A DNA stretch of 63,991 nt, counting the filler, from Octopus bimaculoides (taxonomy: Eukaryota): the NCBI RefSeq assembly GCF_001194135.2. It is 8 parts of 8 records of this genome, joined end to end, with 100 filler letters (N's around TTAATTAATTAA, not from the genome) between each part and the next. Parts side by side here need not be neighbours in the genome. Positions count along the whole stretch, not along the records: positions 1 to 18,166 come from NC_069009.1; 7 more parts are not named here. One strand, given 5' to 3'. Positions within the stretch are counted from its first letter, which is position 1. Each line of letters starts with the position of its first letter. A program made the position numbers and the translations under genes. Positions 1-11,463 of the stretch are shown piece after piece. The notes under the pieces were generated by a model. The model worked only from the letters and a program-made list of their open reading frames with translations. It was not told the origin of the DNA and searched no databases.

Positions 1-36
<36 letters not shown>

Positions 37-63
37 TAGTGAAAGAGGATCAAGGAGAGAGTA

Positions 64-358
64 AAGATAAATGGGAAGACAAAATATGTAGAAATATACA
101 ATCAAATAAATAATATCAGGATGATCAAACTTACAACTCCTCTAATCTGGTAAGATTTTCGAATGATCCACATTCAATAATGGAGATTAAATTATTGGAC
201 ATATTTCTGCAAGATGGAAGAGAAATGGTGAGTAATAATATAGTAAACGATTAGTCACAAAATTTTTAATACGTGGATGCAGATGTAGAAGAAAAGGAAG
301 TAGATGTGCAAGAATTAGATGAAGATGAAGATATAATGAGGAGTGAAGGCTATGGTGA
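64..358 (+). pseudogene. Degenerate coding remnant of unknown origin, copy 1
   Basis: Reads roughly RNIQSNK*YQDDQTYNSSNLVRFSNDPHSIMEIKLLDIFL...acidic tail. Clearly homologous to 2179-2450. Confidence 0.35.
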
Positions 359-360
359 TA

Positions 361-1598
361 TTAGATCATCCCATAAATAATGCGGTCATTTATACATCAT
401 TTATTTTTCAAACAAGATAAACAACGTTATTTTTAGTCTAAAATATACACACGTTCATTTTCTACAATGTTCTTCCTACTATCTGGTAGACGTGCAAGGC
501 TGCTCATTCAAAATCCCCTTGTCCGTCACGGAAAACACTTCTCTAGTACTAACCTCGTCTCGAGAATTCATATATCTTCCATCCAAATGAAGATTACGGA
601 ACAAATCATAATCAGATAGTGTATTGTTTCGCGAATATGGTAAGTGGGGCATCATTTCCCATTCAAACTGCCCCAGCCTTTGGGACATCATTTTTGATAT
701 ATATGGCCTGATGGAAGAACACATTTCGTCTTGAAATTAAAAATGATCATTTTCTTTCTAGCACTGAGTTAAGCCGCTGAAGCTGCCCGTAGTAGTAGAC
801 CTTTTTTTATCGTTTGGTTCGGGCCCAAAGTGAAGTAAGACATTCATATCCCAACAAACGCCTTACGTGTGTGAAAACCATCTCTCGCCTAGATGCCGGT
901 GTTTCTCCTTTCCTATCCACTGTCTTCGGCACTTGAAATTTTTATAGAGAATTCATTTATCATCAACTGTCAATATCTTGTCTATAAAATGTTCATTTGT
1001 GAAAGGTAATGGCAAAGAAGCGCAGTAATTTACCCCCTTCGCGCGATTAAAACTCGGGAAGTTTGTGAGAGACAGAGTCACCTGATTAGCTCATTGTGTC
1101 GATGGCACATAGGTGTCTATGAATGGTTGAATGACCAAATCCAAGCTTCTCTGCTAGTCCCTCGACAGTTACGAAGGGATTTTGTTCCACAAGTGTTTCG
1201 TAGGACGTTCTCGTCGAGCTCTAGAGATCTTCCACAATGAGGCTCGTCTTCTGGGCTATAATTTCCGGCTCTGAATTTCTGAAAAACACCGTTGACACTT
1301 GCTTACGATTATTGTCCGATCCCCATATACTACATTAATATTCCACGCACTTTCCATTGCGTTGTTACATTTATTGAACTCATTACGAAAAATATAACGA
1401 ATATCCTATTTTGTCACTTCTATTAAAGCTTTCAAAAAATACCGTTAAAGTCGAACTGCACTCTACAAAACTTGCACTAAGAATATGTATATGATAAAAT
1501 TACTACCTTCTTTTAATCGCAAGCTCATGCAGTTCGTGTGTCCCTTCCCCTTCCGACTTCTAGTTCATGGAAACTGCATTATGTATGGGATGACTCAA
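361..1598 (-). mobile_element. Full-length decayed mariner (Tc1/mariner) DNA transposon, 1238 bp
   Basis: 26-bp TIRs TTAGATCATCCCATAAATAATGCGGT (361-386) and the reverse complement of 1573-1598 TTGAGTCATCCCATACATAATGCAGT match at 21/26. TA flanks both ends (359-360, 1599-1600). Minus-strand translation gives broken transposase motifs: VYGDRT, GNYSPEDEPHCGR, NPFVTVEGLAEKLGFGHSTIHRHL, IDKILTVDDK*ILY, WEMMPHLPYSRNNTLSDYDLFRNL (cf. HPPYSPDLAPSDYHLF). Multiple stops and frameshifts. Confidence 0.9.
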
Positions 1599-2178
1599 TA
1601 TATATATATATATATATATATATANNNNNNNNNNNNNNNNNNNNNNNNNNNNNNNNNNNNNNNNNNNNNNNNNNNNNNNNNNNNNNNNNNNNNNNNNNNN
1701 NNNNNNNNNNNNNNNNNNNNNNNNNNNNNNNNNNNNNNNNNNNNNNNNNNNNNNNNNNNNNNNNNNNNNNNNNNNNNNNNNNNNNNNNNNNNNNNNNNNN
1801 NNNNNNNNNNNNNNNNNNNNNNNNNNNNNNNNNNNNNNNNNNNNNNNNNNNNNNNNNNNNNNNNNNNNNNNNNNNNNNNNNNNNNNNNNNNNNNNNNNNN
1901 NNNNNNNNNNNNNNNNNNNNNNNNNNNNNNNNNNNNNNNNNNNNNNNNNNNNNNNNNNNNNNNNNNNNNNNNNNNNNNNNNNNNNNNNNNNNNNNNNNNN
2001 NNNNNNNNNNNNNNNNNNNNNNNNNNNNNNNNNNNNNNNNNNNNNNNNNNNNNNNNNNNNNNNNNNNNNNNNNNNNNNNNNNNNNNNNNNNNNNNNNNNN
2101 NNNNNNNNNNNNNNNNNNNNNNNNNNNNNNNNNNNNNNNNNNNNNNNNNNNNNNNNNNNNNNNNNNNNNNNNNNNNNA

Positions 2179-2450
2179 GAAATATAGAATCAAGAAAATG
2201 GTATCAGCGAGACTGATCCAGCTTACAAAATCTTTAAACTGGGTAGATTTTCGAATGATCCTCTTTCGATTTTCGAGATTTTATTGTCTGATAGTTTTCT
2301 GTAAGGATTCATAAGAAATAAAATAGAAGAATTTAGTCATAAAATTTTAAATATCATGTCTAAACAATAAGATTCAGAAATTGAAGAGAAAGAAATAGAA
2401 GATAAAAATACCTTCAACATTAAACAGATGAAAGTGAATGAGAGGTGAAA
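2179..2450 (+). pseudogene. Degenerate coding remnant of unknown origin, copy 2
   Basis: Reads RNIESRKWYQRD/DPAYKIFKLGRFSNDPLSIFEILLSDSFL*. Shares GATTTTCGAATGATCC and other blocks with 64-358. Confidence 0.35.
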
Positions 2451-2893
2451 TTCATAACATTGACAAAGTGATCAACAAATTTTATAAATTCTAAATTCTA
2501 GATTTCTGCTTTTACTCTTTCGGGCACACCTATTGGCTTTCACCTTCTCCTTTTTTCATTTTTTCTCTCTTATGTCTTCATATATAATATTGAAATCTCA
2601 GCAGAATATTCGTTCCTGCTCTCATGGGGTTTATTGCGTATCACCTACCATCCAAATAACTTCAACTACTACACACATCACAAGCACCACTATTTTCATC
2701 ATTATTTTTATTTTTCTCTTAGCGGTTCGGAATACGACACCGATAGAATAAGTACTAGTCTTACAACGAATAAGTCCTGGGGTCGATGTTTTGGAATAAA
2801 CGTGGTGCTGCAGTATGGCCGCTGTAAAATTGCTGAAAGAACTAAATGAATAAATGAATGTACATATATGTTACATATACGTAAACATATATT

Positions 2894-2951
<58 letters not shown>

Positions 2952-4164
2952 TGTGTGTGTGTGTGTGTGCGTGTGTGTGTGTGTCTATCTCTCTGGCGAT
3001 CTATCTACCTACATATCCGGCTATAGATTGATAGATAAATTGATAGAGGGATAGAATGAGAGATAGATAGACGTCCCCCGTTTCACTTTAGTCTTCTTTA
3101 TCTTTTCCATATTTCTCCCTGTCTACTCGTCTTTAATTTTCTTCGTTTTCTCATCCTCCTCTTTTATTATAGTGTTTTTTTTTACTTTCTATATCAGCGT
3201 CCTCCTCCTCATCATAATCACAAGGAATAGCTGCAGCCTCAATAATCCTCCTCCTCCTCCTCCTCGTCGTTGTTGTAGTTGACATCATCATCATCGTGAT
3301 GAGCATCATCGTCATCTTCACCATCCTTATCATCCTTATCCCTCATAAACCAGAGCTTCAATGCGAGCAGACGGAAACAACTTCACCACCACTAAATCCG
3401 TCACCCCCAATGCCATTTATGCTGTCAGTCATGTATATATATATGTGCATTCATATACTCATATATATGCCTGTATTTATATAGAAATACTCGGTTTAAA
3501 AGAACAAGAGAAAGGAACTGATCCTTATGTGAATAGAGCCACACACTTGGGTGTACGCATCGAGAGTTCAACCAACAAGCCAACTCAACCATATATTTAC
3601 AAACACCGGGAACTCATTTAACTTAAAATGTCTTGTCGCTTTGTTAGTAACCGGCTTGAAATCTCTCAAGAACTCAAATTAAGCACAACGAAAAATCATA
3701 CATACATACATACATACATACATACATACATACATACATAACTCGAAGCGACAAGTCGGATGTTTGGAAAACTGAATACTCGTAGAGTAGTTCTGAACTG
3801 TAAGAGGACGTCCTTTATCACAGTCGTGGAACGCATGCGTAAGCAGAATAGCAAAGAATACCGAAAATAGTGTGGGAGTAGGAACATCGATTTGTCAGTC
3901 GGAATTTCGTGAGACAGTTTTCTGTGTAACACAACCCGTGCAACCGCTTAGACATGGAAATTAGAGATGAGTCAATATATATATTGAAAAACAGTCTACT
4001 TGTCTTCATAGCTAGTAACATATCGGCTTCCTTTACTGCAACATAACATGGTGTTTAAAGCCGTGAAATCAACACAATAAGGTATTTGCTTAGAACATAA
4101 TCAATGAGGATTTCAAACACTGAATGTGGAAAATATGTAAAAAAAAGGAATGTCCAATACTTAC

Positions 4165-4362
4165 AATATCCTAACATTCTGGAGAATATTTTCTGGAACA
4201 GAAGTCAAATTGCGATGGTCACAATGTATTCGCAGAACTCCTCCAAAATCACATTGACAAATACTGCAAACGTCTGAACCAGCATGAGCCTCCAAAAGTA
4301 TTCTCATGTACAGTATCAACACAAAGGTGAACATAACATGGAGATTTTGTCGCCACATTAAC
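4165..4362 (-). CDS. Exon encoding signal peptide plus LRR N-terminal cap of a secreted or membrane leucine-rich-repeat protein (LGR/Toll/SLIT-type N-terminus)
   Basis: Acceptor ttttattcttttacag|G at 4362 and donor TT|gtaagt at 4165/4164. ATG at 4358 gives MWRQNLHVMFTFVLILYMRILLEAHAGSDVCSICQCDFGGVLRIHCDHRNLTSVPENILQNVRIL: a hydrophobic leader then an LRRNT pattern (CxxCxC...IxCxxRNLTxVPxxI). The exon ends in phase 2 within the first LRR Leu, as is typical of LRR-receptor genes. Confidence 0.8.
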
Positions 4363-5479
4363 CTGTAAAAGAATAAAATATAAAATATCAGGCACTCCAT
4401 AATTATTTCATTCCTTTTTCAGATTCTATGAAGGACAAAGATTGCTCCCTGTTTCATGCGATGAATTTATNNNNNNNNNNNNNNNNNNNNNNNNNNNNNN
4501 NNNNNNNNNNNNNNNNNNNNNNNNNNNNNNNNNNNNNNNNNNNNNNNNNNNNNNNNNNNNNNNNNNNNNNNNNNNNNNNNNNNNNNNNNNNNNNNNNNNN
4601 NNNNNNNNNNNNNNNNNNNNNNNNNNNNNNNNNNNNNNNNNNNNNNNNNNNNNNNNNNNNNNNNNNNNNNNNNNNNNNNNNNNNNNNNNNNNNNNNNNNN
4701 NNNNNNNNAGCTGCTGCTGACGATCGTTGAGTTTATTTATTTATTTTATTGTCTCGGCTATTTTCCACCTTTTTTTCACATCTACCTATTTACGGTCAGG
4801 AAATTATAATATTAGGTCTCCGATGAAATAACAGCAGCTGTTCAATAGAGATAGCTAAAAATTGGTGGCATAGACAACTTGAAAGATAAAGTTACAGAAT
4901 AGCACCACCAACCGTGGAAATGGTATGTTAAAACATAAAATCAGACAAATTTGTATTTGCTTTTAATAACAAGAAAATAACAATAACAACTAATTATAAT
5001 ACATTGAAAACATTAATGACAGAAACAATTTAAAATATTTTGTTTAAAAAAATGAACAATAAGTTCTAATACGTCGTAAAACATTAACGGAAAACAATTA
5101 AAAACAAATTATATTCGATTGATTAAGCTTTTAGAGATATATTGAGTGAAATATCAGTGACAATGAAACCAACAATAAGTGGGGGGGGATGTTACAAAAA
5201 TAATTTGGCTACCCATTAATTCATTCCTCAAAAGGAATGAATTAATGCATAAAAACAAGTTATTATAGATTTCGTTTTATTTTTCAAAAGCATTATTGAG
5301 TTAACTTATTGATGTAGCGCAGGAAGAAATAAGACATTCATTATAAATAAGGATAGCCAACTTATTTTTTTGTACATTCCGTTATTTTTGGTTTAATTTT
5401 CATTGATGTGTTCCTTGCATGACCCTACAGAGTTCCAAAGTGACCCTCATCTCGCCAAAATTGATTTAGACCAATCTCT

Positions 5480-5850
5480 GGAAATGCCAGTTACTCCGAA
5501 ATGCATTGGAGTACTACCAACTGCCAACAGACATAGTCGGACTAACAATATCCCACATGTATTCGTCGAGGCTGAGATTCTCCGTGGGAAATTTCACCAC
5601 AAAATGGCAGAGTAGGAAAGGGCATTACGGTAGAGTGCACAATTTCCGGGCGCTCTTTGTAGCAGCTACGAACCTATTGCGACTGGTGGTGGGGAGCAGA
5701 GAAGCTGTCCCGAAACTGACGGAAACATACGAAATGCACTATGCAGGGCATTCAGGAAATCCTGCAATTATTGAAGGTAGTAAAATAAAGGTAGAACATC
5801 TACCGTCCTCGCAGCTTTATAGGAACCGTAGCAAAACAATGTTCTGAGAT
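5480..5850 (+). mobile_element. Decayed non-LTR retrotransposon RT fragment (restriction-endonuclease-type clade, R2/NeSL/HERO-like)
   Basis: ALEYYQLPTDIVGLTISHMYSSRLRFSVGNFTTKWQ...LFVAATNLL resembles the RT segment ALxxYxxP..I..LI..YY...RF....TT.WQ.LE.GI..GC..S..LFV.AMN of these elements. No intact YADD motif seen. Confidence 0.45.
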
Positions 5851-6302
5851 CCATACAAACACAAACAACCACCACTAAAAATGGTAATTTATATAAATAT
5901 AATCATAGAAAAAGAAATTTAATTACGAAAAAGGAGCAAAAACATGGAATACAAAACAATTGTAGACTTATTCAACTTCATTAATGATCATTCCTCTGTA
6001 GCATGCTTAAGAAATGTTACGACCGATAATTTAAAATCAGAGAATTTTGGAGGAGTATTTTTCCTATTTCCAGTGTTGTAATTTCAAGTGTTTGAGAACT
6101 GGAATAGTACAAAACGGCGAAAAATACAGAGAAAAAGTAAGATAAGAAAAAGATTCGTTATTAGGAAAAACAAATTTTAGCAAGCATATAATAATTCCAA
6201 AACCGAAAAAAATCTCCTTTGAGTAGATGTGAAATGTAATTTCACAACTAAAACTAAATACAAAATTAAAATTTTTTGAACATATATAAGCAGTGTACTT
6301 AC

Positions 6303-6322
6303 ATGTTCTTCCACAAAGCCAT
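6303..6322 (-). CDS. Candidate upstream start exon of the LRR gene (MALWKNM)
   Basis: ATG GCT TTG TGG AAG AAC AT|gtaagt has a canonical donor in phase 2. It splices in frame onto the acceptor at 4362 (AT|G TTA ATG). Phase agreement alone has about a 1/3 chance of being coincidental. Confidence 0.35.
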
Positions 6323-6590
6323 ACCGAAGTCTTCGATGCCGAACTGAATAATGAAGCTTTGGAGCAGCAATCTATATAGATGTGCGTGTGCGCGCATACA
6401 TCTGTGTCTTTAATGGCAAATGGTCATTGCTAGGTTATCCGGAGAAAATGACCTAAGAGAATTTGAACTAGAGACAATGACTTCTTTCTTTCTATCTATC
6501 TCTTTATCTTTCTGTCTATTTATCGTTATACACGCACACACATACACACGTGTATATATATTAATATGTGTGTGTGTGCGTGACTATCTT

Positions 6591-6649
<59 letters not shown>

Positions 6650-6703
6650 GTCTGTCTATCTATCTCTCTATCTATCTATCAATATATATATATNNNNNNN
6701 NNN

Positions 6704-6741
<38 letters not shown>

Positions 6742-7574
6742 GGATAACTAGAAAGATAGATATACACATATCTACATATACGCATACATAATTAATCAAT
6801 TAATTATGACTTGTACAGGAACTATTTGGGGAGCGTTGGCTTTCATATCTCTTGCTTTTGTTGTTTTTCTTTCCTATGTCCTTTCGCAATTCCCAGAATA
6901 ATTTTAGTTGCTTCTGGGACTGACTAGCTACTTGCAGGCTACTAGCTACTTGCTCTGGGGACTGACTAACTTCAATTAATCGATGCCATCAAAGTAGTGA
7001 AAACTGAATCTGTCACATAAATGAGAATCCGATAAATATTTTAAGAAGTCAGTGTATACTTGTATACTGGGAGAGGACCCCTTCATACAAGATTGCCAGG
7101 ATCGGAATTGGCCTTCTTCTATGAAACACCCGGTGCTCTCTGTTGTAGAGTGCTTCTTGATACCTGGGAGGAGGGCAACAATTGCTACTTTTAATACGCT
7201 ATAAATGTGTGTTTCCATCTGTCTATCTCTCTGACAACAGTGTTTATCAATCTATCAGTCAAATTATCCATGTCTGTCTATCTATCTATCTATATATCTA
7301 TTTATCTGTCTGTCTGTCTGTCTGTATGTCTGTCTGTCTGTATGTCTGTCTGTCTGTATGTCTGTATGTCTGTCTATCTACTTGTCCAGTTATTTTCGGT
7401 TCATCACTCTGTTTCTCTTTTCTGTTTTGTATTTATCTCTCTACCTGTCTATTTGTCAGTCTTATATCTGACTGTATTCTTTTTCTTTTAGACTGTCTTT
7501 GTATCTCCCTATTTCTCGCTGTTTCTCTCTTTTTCTTTCTCTCTCTCTCCCTCTCTCTTTATCTATCTCTGCAG

Positions 7575-8075
7575 GTCTTGGGCAAGTGTCTTCTACTATA
7601 GCCTTGGGCCGACCAAAGCCTTGTGAGTGGATTTGGTAGTGGATTTGAAAGAAGCCCGTCGTATATATGTATATAGGATTAATGTAATGTAATATAAAGC
7701 TGAAGCAAAATAACACCAAATATATAGTGCGTGTGTTTTTATTGGCTAAACTGGCAATATGACCATCCCCAAGTACAACAATATAAATATATATATATAT
7801 ATATACATACATATATATATAAAGCGTGAATGGATTTCGTGGACGGAATCTGAAAGAAGCCCATCATATAGGTATGTGTGTTAAGTGCTTTACCCCCTCA
7901 CCACAGCTTGACAACCGGTGTAGGTGTGTTTACGCATCCGTAACTTTGTCGTTTGAGATAAGAGACCGATACAATGATAGCAGGCTTAACAAAACAAATA
8001 ACAAATGCTAGATTCGATAAACTTGATTAAAATTCTTCAAAGTGGTGCCCAGCATGGCTGAAACATGTAAACAAT
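7575..8075 (+). repeat. SINE family A copy interrupted by AT-rich simple sequence
   Basis: GGCAAGTGTCTTCTACTATAGCC..GGGCCGACCAAAGCCTTGTGAGTGGATTTGGTAG core is shared with 14292, 40421 and minus-strand copies. The 3' part (GAGACCGAT...GGTGCCCAGCATGGC) resumes near 7890. Confidence 0.75.
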
Positions 8076-8899
8076 AAAAGATAACATATATATATTTGCT
8101 AGGGGTGGGGTTATGCTGCGCGTAAATTTACTCACTGCCATGAAATCGACATTACCTGTACAGGTGCAGAAGTATGCCACACGTCAAATATCGAAATGAT
8201 TGCAGAACAACTCGTGTTTTACTGAGTGTAACACCATAACCATTAGGCTATGGTGTGTTTACACCTATGTATTTACAGCGAGAAATTTTCCCCAATATAA
8301 CAATATGCTTTGAACGGCTTTCTTACGGGTTCGAGTAGGCCTCAAGCATATTTGAACTGGTAACAAGCTGGTAATTATACACATTGCTTAGCGCTTTCGT
8401 ATCCTATGTATGCATACACACACACACTCATACACGCACACATATCGTAACATGCTATTTTGTTTTTTGCTTGTTCTTCCGTTTTAATTGTTGTTCTGTT
8501 CGCTCCATGGAAATTATTTATTAATTACTGTGATAATCCCATCGTCGTTATTGTTATTAGAATAAATTCAACATTTCTAGCTTCTAATGTCATCACCGTT
8601 GGCCTGTTTAACTTATTTAATGCCATATTATCTTCTATAGACACACTCCTCTCAACTCGTTTCATTATGTAAATAATAATTTTCTTTATGATTTCCACTG
8701 AGCCTTGTTGCTGTTGTTGTTGTAGGTGTTGTTAATGGCGGTGAGGAATCTTCCTGGTTCTAATCTCAGTGCTATATACAGAGTGTTCGGACTTACTTTC
8801 ATAGTTTGCATAAATGGAAAAGAAAACACAGAATCCCATCCAAAAACAAAATTGTTTGGAAAAAAAAAATATTCGATTATGGCAGAAAGATAAAGTTTA

Positions 8900-9035
8900 T
8901 TTATAGTAGGCGTTCACAGCTTCCACTAAAACGAATCCTGCTGCCACACATATGACATTTCACGAGCAACCTTTCCCGACCAGGGATTGGGCAACAAACT
9001 TCACATAGCTGTCTGAATTTGAGCCTAAGTCCCTT
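8900..9035 (-). mobile_element. Tc1/maT-type transposase fragment
   Basis: Minus-strand ...PNPWSGKVAREMSYVWQQDS resembles the second catalytic-Asp motif (PW...V..GR.YV(F/W)QQDSAP). Short and broken. Confidence 0.4.
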
Positions 9036-9292
9036 TTCACCAATTCTTTCTCGCGCACTGTTTCGCAATCCTGAACACTTCGCATCTCTGAACCTTACAT
9101 TGTACCACACGTGAAAATCACTTCCTTTCTGCTAGACTTTTGGCCACATACATCTGATGTTTAGATACCTTTCTAATAAATAGGTAGTTCTCCCTACAGC
9201 CAACATCATTCCGATCTCTCAGTGCCTGTGTCTTAGCCTTGATTGTTCCATCAATCTTATCCTTCCACCTCCATGTTGCTCTCGCTTGGCTA
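9036..9292 (-). mobile_element. Old RTE-clade LINE fragment (endonuclease-RT linker)
   Basis: ATWRWKDKIDGTIKAKTQALRD...KHQMYVAKSLAERK*F...EVFRIAKQCARKN aligns by eye with 55117-55431 (ALREKKQ...RRQVYLARGEAGKK...EVFRVARHCVRDN). Confidence 0.6.
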
Positions 9293-9336
<44 letters not shown>

Positions 9337-9893
9337 ATAGCTGTTAAGATCAATGTGCAAAGTAGGGTAAATAATACCGTTTAGGCATAAAGATATATGA
9401 TATATGTAGGTAAAAATCGCACAGTAAAAGAGGGAATAAACAAACAAAATATACTACACGAAGTAAGAGAAGCTAAATCAAGATCCTGAAAAGCGTAGCC
9501 AAACAGAACAACAATTAAGCACGTGTACAATAATAGAGGATCATTGGGCGATTTGGGTAACACCTTTTAACAAAGGGAAAGTACAAGAATAGAAAAGAAA
9601 GAGACTTGCCTTAACTTTTACTCTTATGTGATTTTGACACACAGACACTCACTCACTTTCTCTCACACACACATGTATTTGCGTGTGTGTTAAACATAAA
9701 GAAGAATAGAAGAATACAAATGAGGATTTTTTTATTGTCGTTAATGTTATAGTTTAAATATTTCTCAAGTTTGATAAAAAGAAAATCTTATAAAACATGA
9801 TGGAGTTCCAATTCAGATGTGGTTGTTTGGTTTGTGTGATCAGGGGTAGTGCTCTGATTGAACGTGAGTGATAAAGACGAAAACCATTAACTC

Positions 9894-10083
9894 CTAAATC
9901 AGAATATAGGAGTTAATGTGTGATCACTGCTGAAGTTGTACTCCACATTCTTTACAAGTGGTGTTGCCACATTCAAAGACCATGTTTCAACGTAACTCCA
10001 GAAATACTGTACATGTGGTTGTTCTTTGAGCTGCTGGTACTTGGACACCAAAGATGAATCTATGGTATTGACTTGGGGCCCAT
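9894..10083 (-). pseudogene. Decayed terminal exon encoding coiled-coil plus Mind-bomb-type RING finger of the ankyrin gene
   Basis: Acceptor tttactatttcag|AT at 10083 is phase 1, matching the donor at 11318. Reads (Y)GPQVNTIDSSLVSKYQQLKEQ, then after a 1-nt shift TCTVFLELR*NMVFECGNTTCKECGVQLQQ*SHINSYILI*. This follows the MIB1/MIB2 C-terminal RING pattern (KEQTMCPVCLDRLKNMIFxCGHGTCQLCGDRMSECPIC...RILLY), with C>F, H>N, C>stop and one further stop. Confidence 0.8.
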
Positions 10084-11317
10084 CTGAAATAGTAAATATA
10101 GAATTCTATGTCTGTACATTTTATTAGAGATATCAGAATCAGAAAACAGTTAAGAAATATTCAGAATCAGGAAACAGTTAAGAAATATTCTCTAGAAAAG
10201 AATTTAACATTCTTTCTTTACCAAATTTCTTGAAGACTGTCTTTTGTTCTATCTTATGTAATCTGTTTTTAATAATTTTAATTCAAATTTAAATTTGAAC
10301 TTTCCATCTTAATTAGATGCAAGAACCTTTTGTAAAGTCATTTTACTAAATCACTCCAAATTCTTGATTATTTGCGAAATTATTTAACACACAGAGGTAT
10401 TTTTAAAAGTAGTAATATGTTACGAAAAATGAAATGGTTAAAATGGGTTAAATAAAAGTGTGTGTTTATGTATTAACTTTATTTACACGTATATGTTGTG
10501 GACCTCTTTTCCTCTTAAATATAGATTTCCATCTTAGATATTCAAATATAACTCACTGTATCTACAGTAAAATTTTAAAATGTCAACATTTCAGAATATG
10601 GTTAGATGATTCACATTTTATAACCTCACTAATCCTTTAATTAACAACTCATTAATTATCAAAAGTGTTCAGTAAAATCCACAAAAATGGACACATCCAT
10701 AAATCAATAGCTAACATTTTCATATAAAAACTATATTTGTAAACAATAAATGTTTACGTGTACATAACAATTAGTTAATTTGATATAATGGTTCCTTAAT
10801 CAATTTTAATGTATTATTATATAAATGGTTGAGTATTCCACAGACATTTATATCCTGATGCAATATNNNNNNNNNNNNNNNNNNNNNNNNNNNNNNNNNN
10901 NNNNNNNNNNNNNNNNNNNNNNNNNNNNNNNNNNNNNNNNNNNNNNNNNNNNNNNNNNNNNNNNNNNNNNNNNNNNNNNNNNNNNNNNNNNNNNNNNNNN
11001 NNNNNNNNNNNNNNNNAAAGAGACAAAACTAAAAATCGTATGGTAATCATTCTGTATTTACTACAAGGGTCAAAGAAAGGGGTATTTTACGCGAAATGTA
11101 ATGTTTTACATGAACTGAATGAAGTGAAAGAATTTGAACCCATAACACTGAGGTAATAGGTGAGATGAAGTAAAGAATCTACTCAGATACAACAACATGC
11201 TGTAAAAGATAGTCTCACAGCAACCCATGGTGGGATTGTGCAGATAACGACTCAATAAAACTACATTGAAAAGATGAATGAAAATGATTTGGATATTGTA
11301 GATTATTGCTGACTTAC

Positions 11318-11463
11318 AGTAGAAAAGGTAATGCAGAGATGTGGTAATACGATTATCCACGACATTGACTTCAGCTTTTGACAACAAGAGCACTTTCACA
11401 TCGCCTGTGCTTTCCCAACTCATGCCGGATATATATGTGCGACACCATCTTTATTCGCCACAT
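11318..11463 (-). pseudogene. Frameshifted, eroded 21st ankyrin repeat with intact splice donor
   Basis: Restoring one base at TAC AAA CTG AAG TAA gives YK(A)EVNVANKDG. Another frame continues GDVKVLLLSKAEVNVVDNRITTSLHYLFY and ends T|gtaagt (donor at 11317-11312). Confidence 0.75.

Noticed and set aside
4165-11318. Fusion of the ankyrin exon to the LRR exon
   Set aside because: The phase-1 donor joined to 4362 yields TGT TAA (stop). The donor is better explained by the RING exon at 10083.
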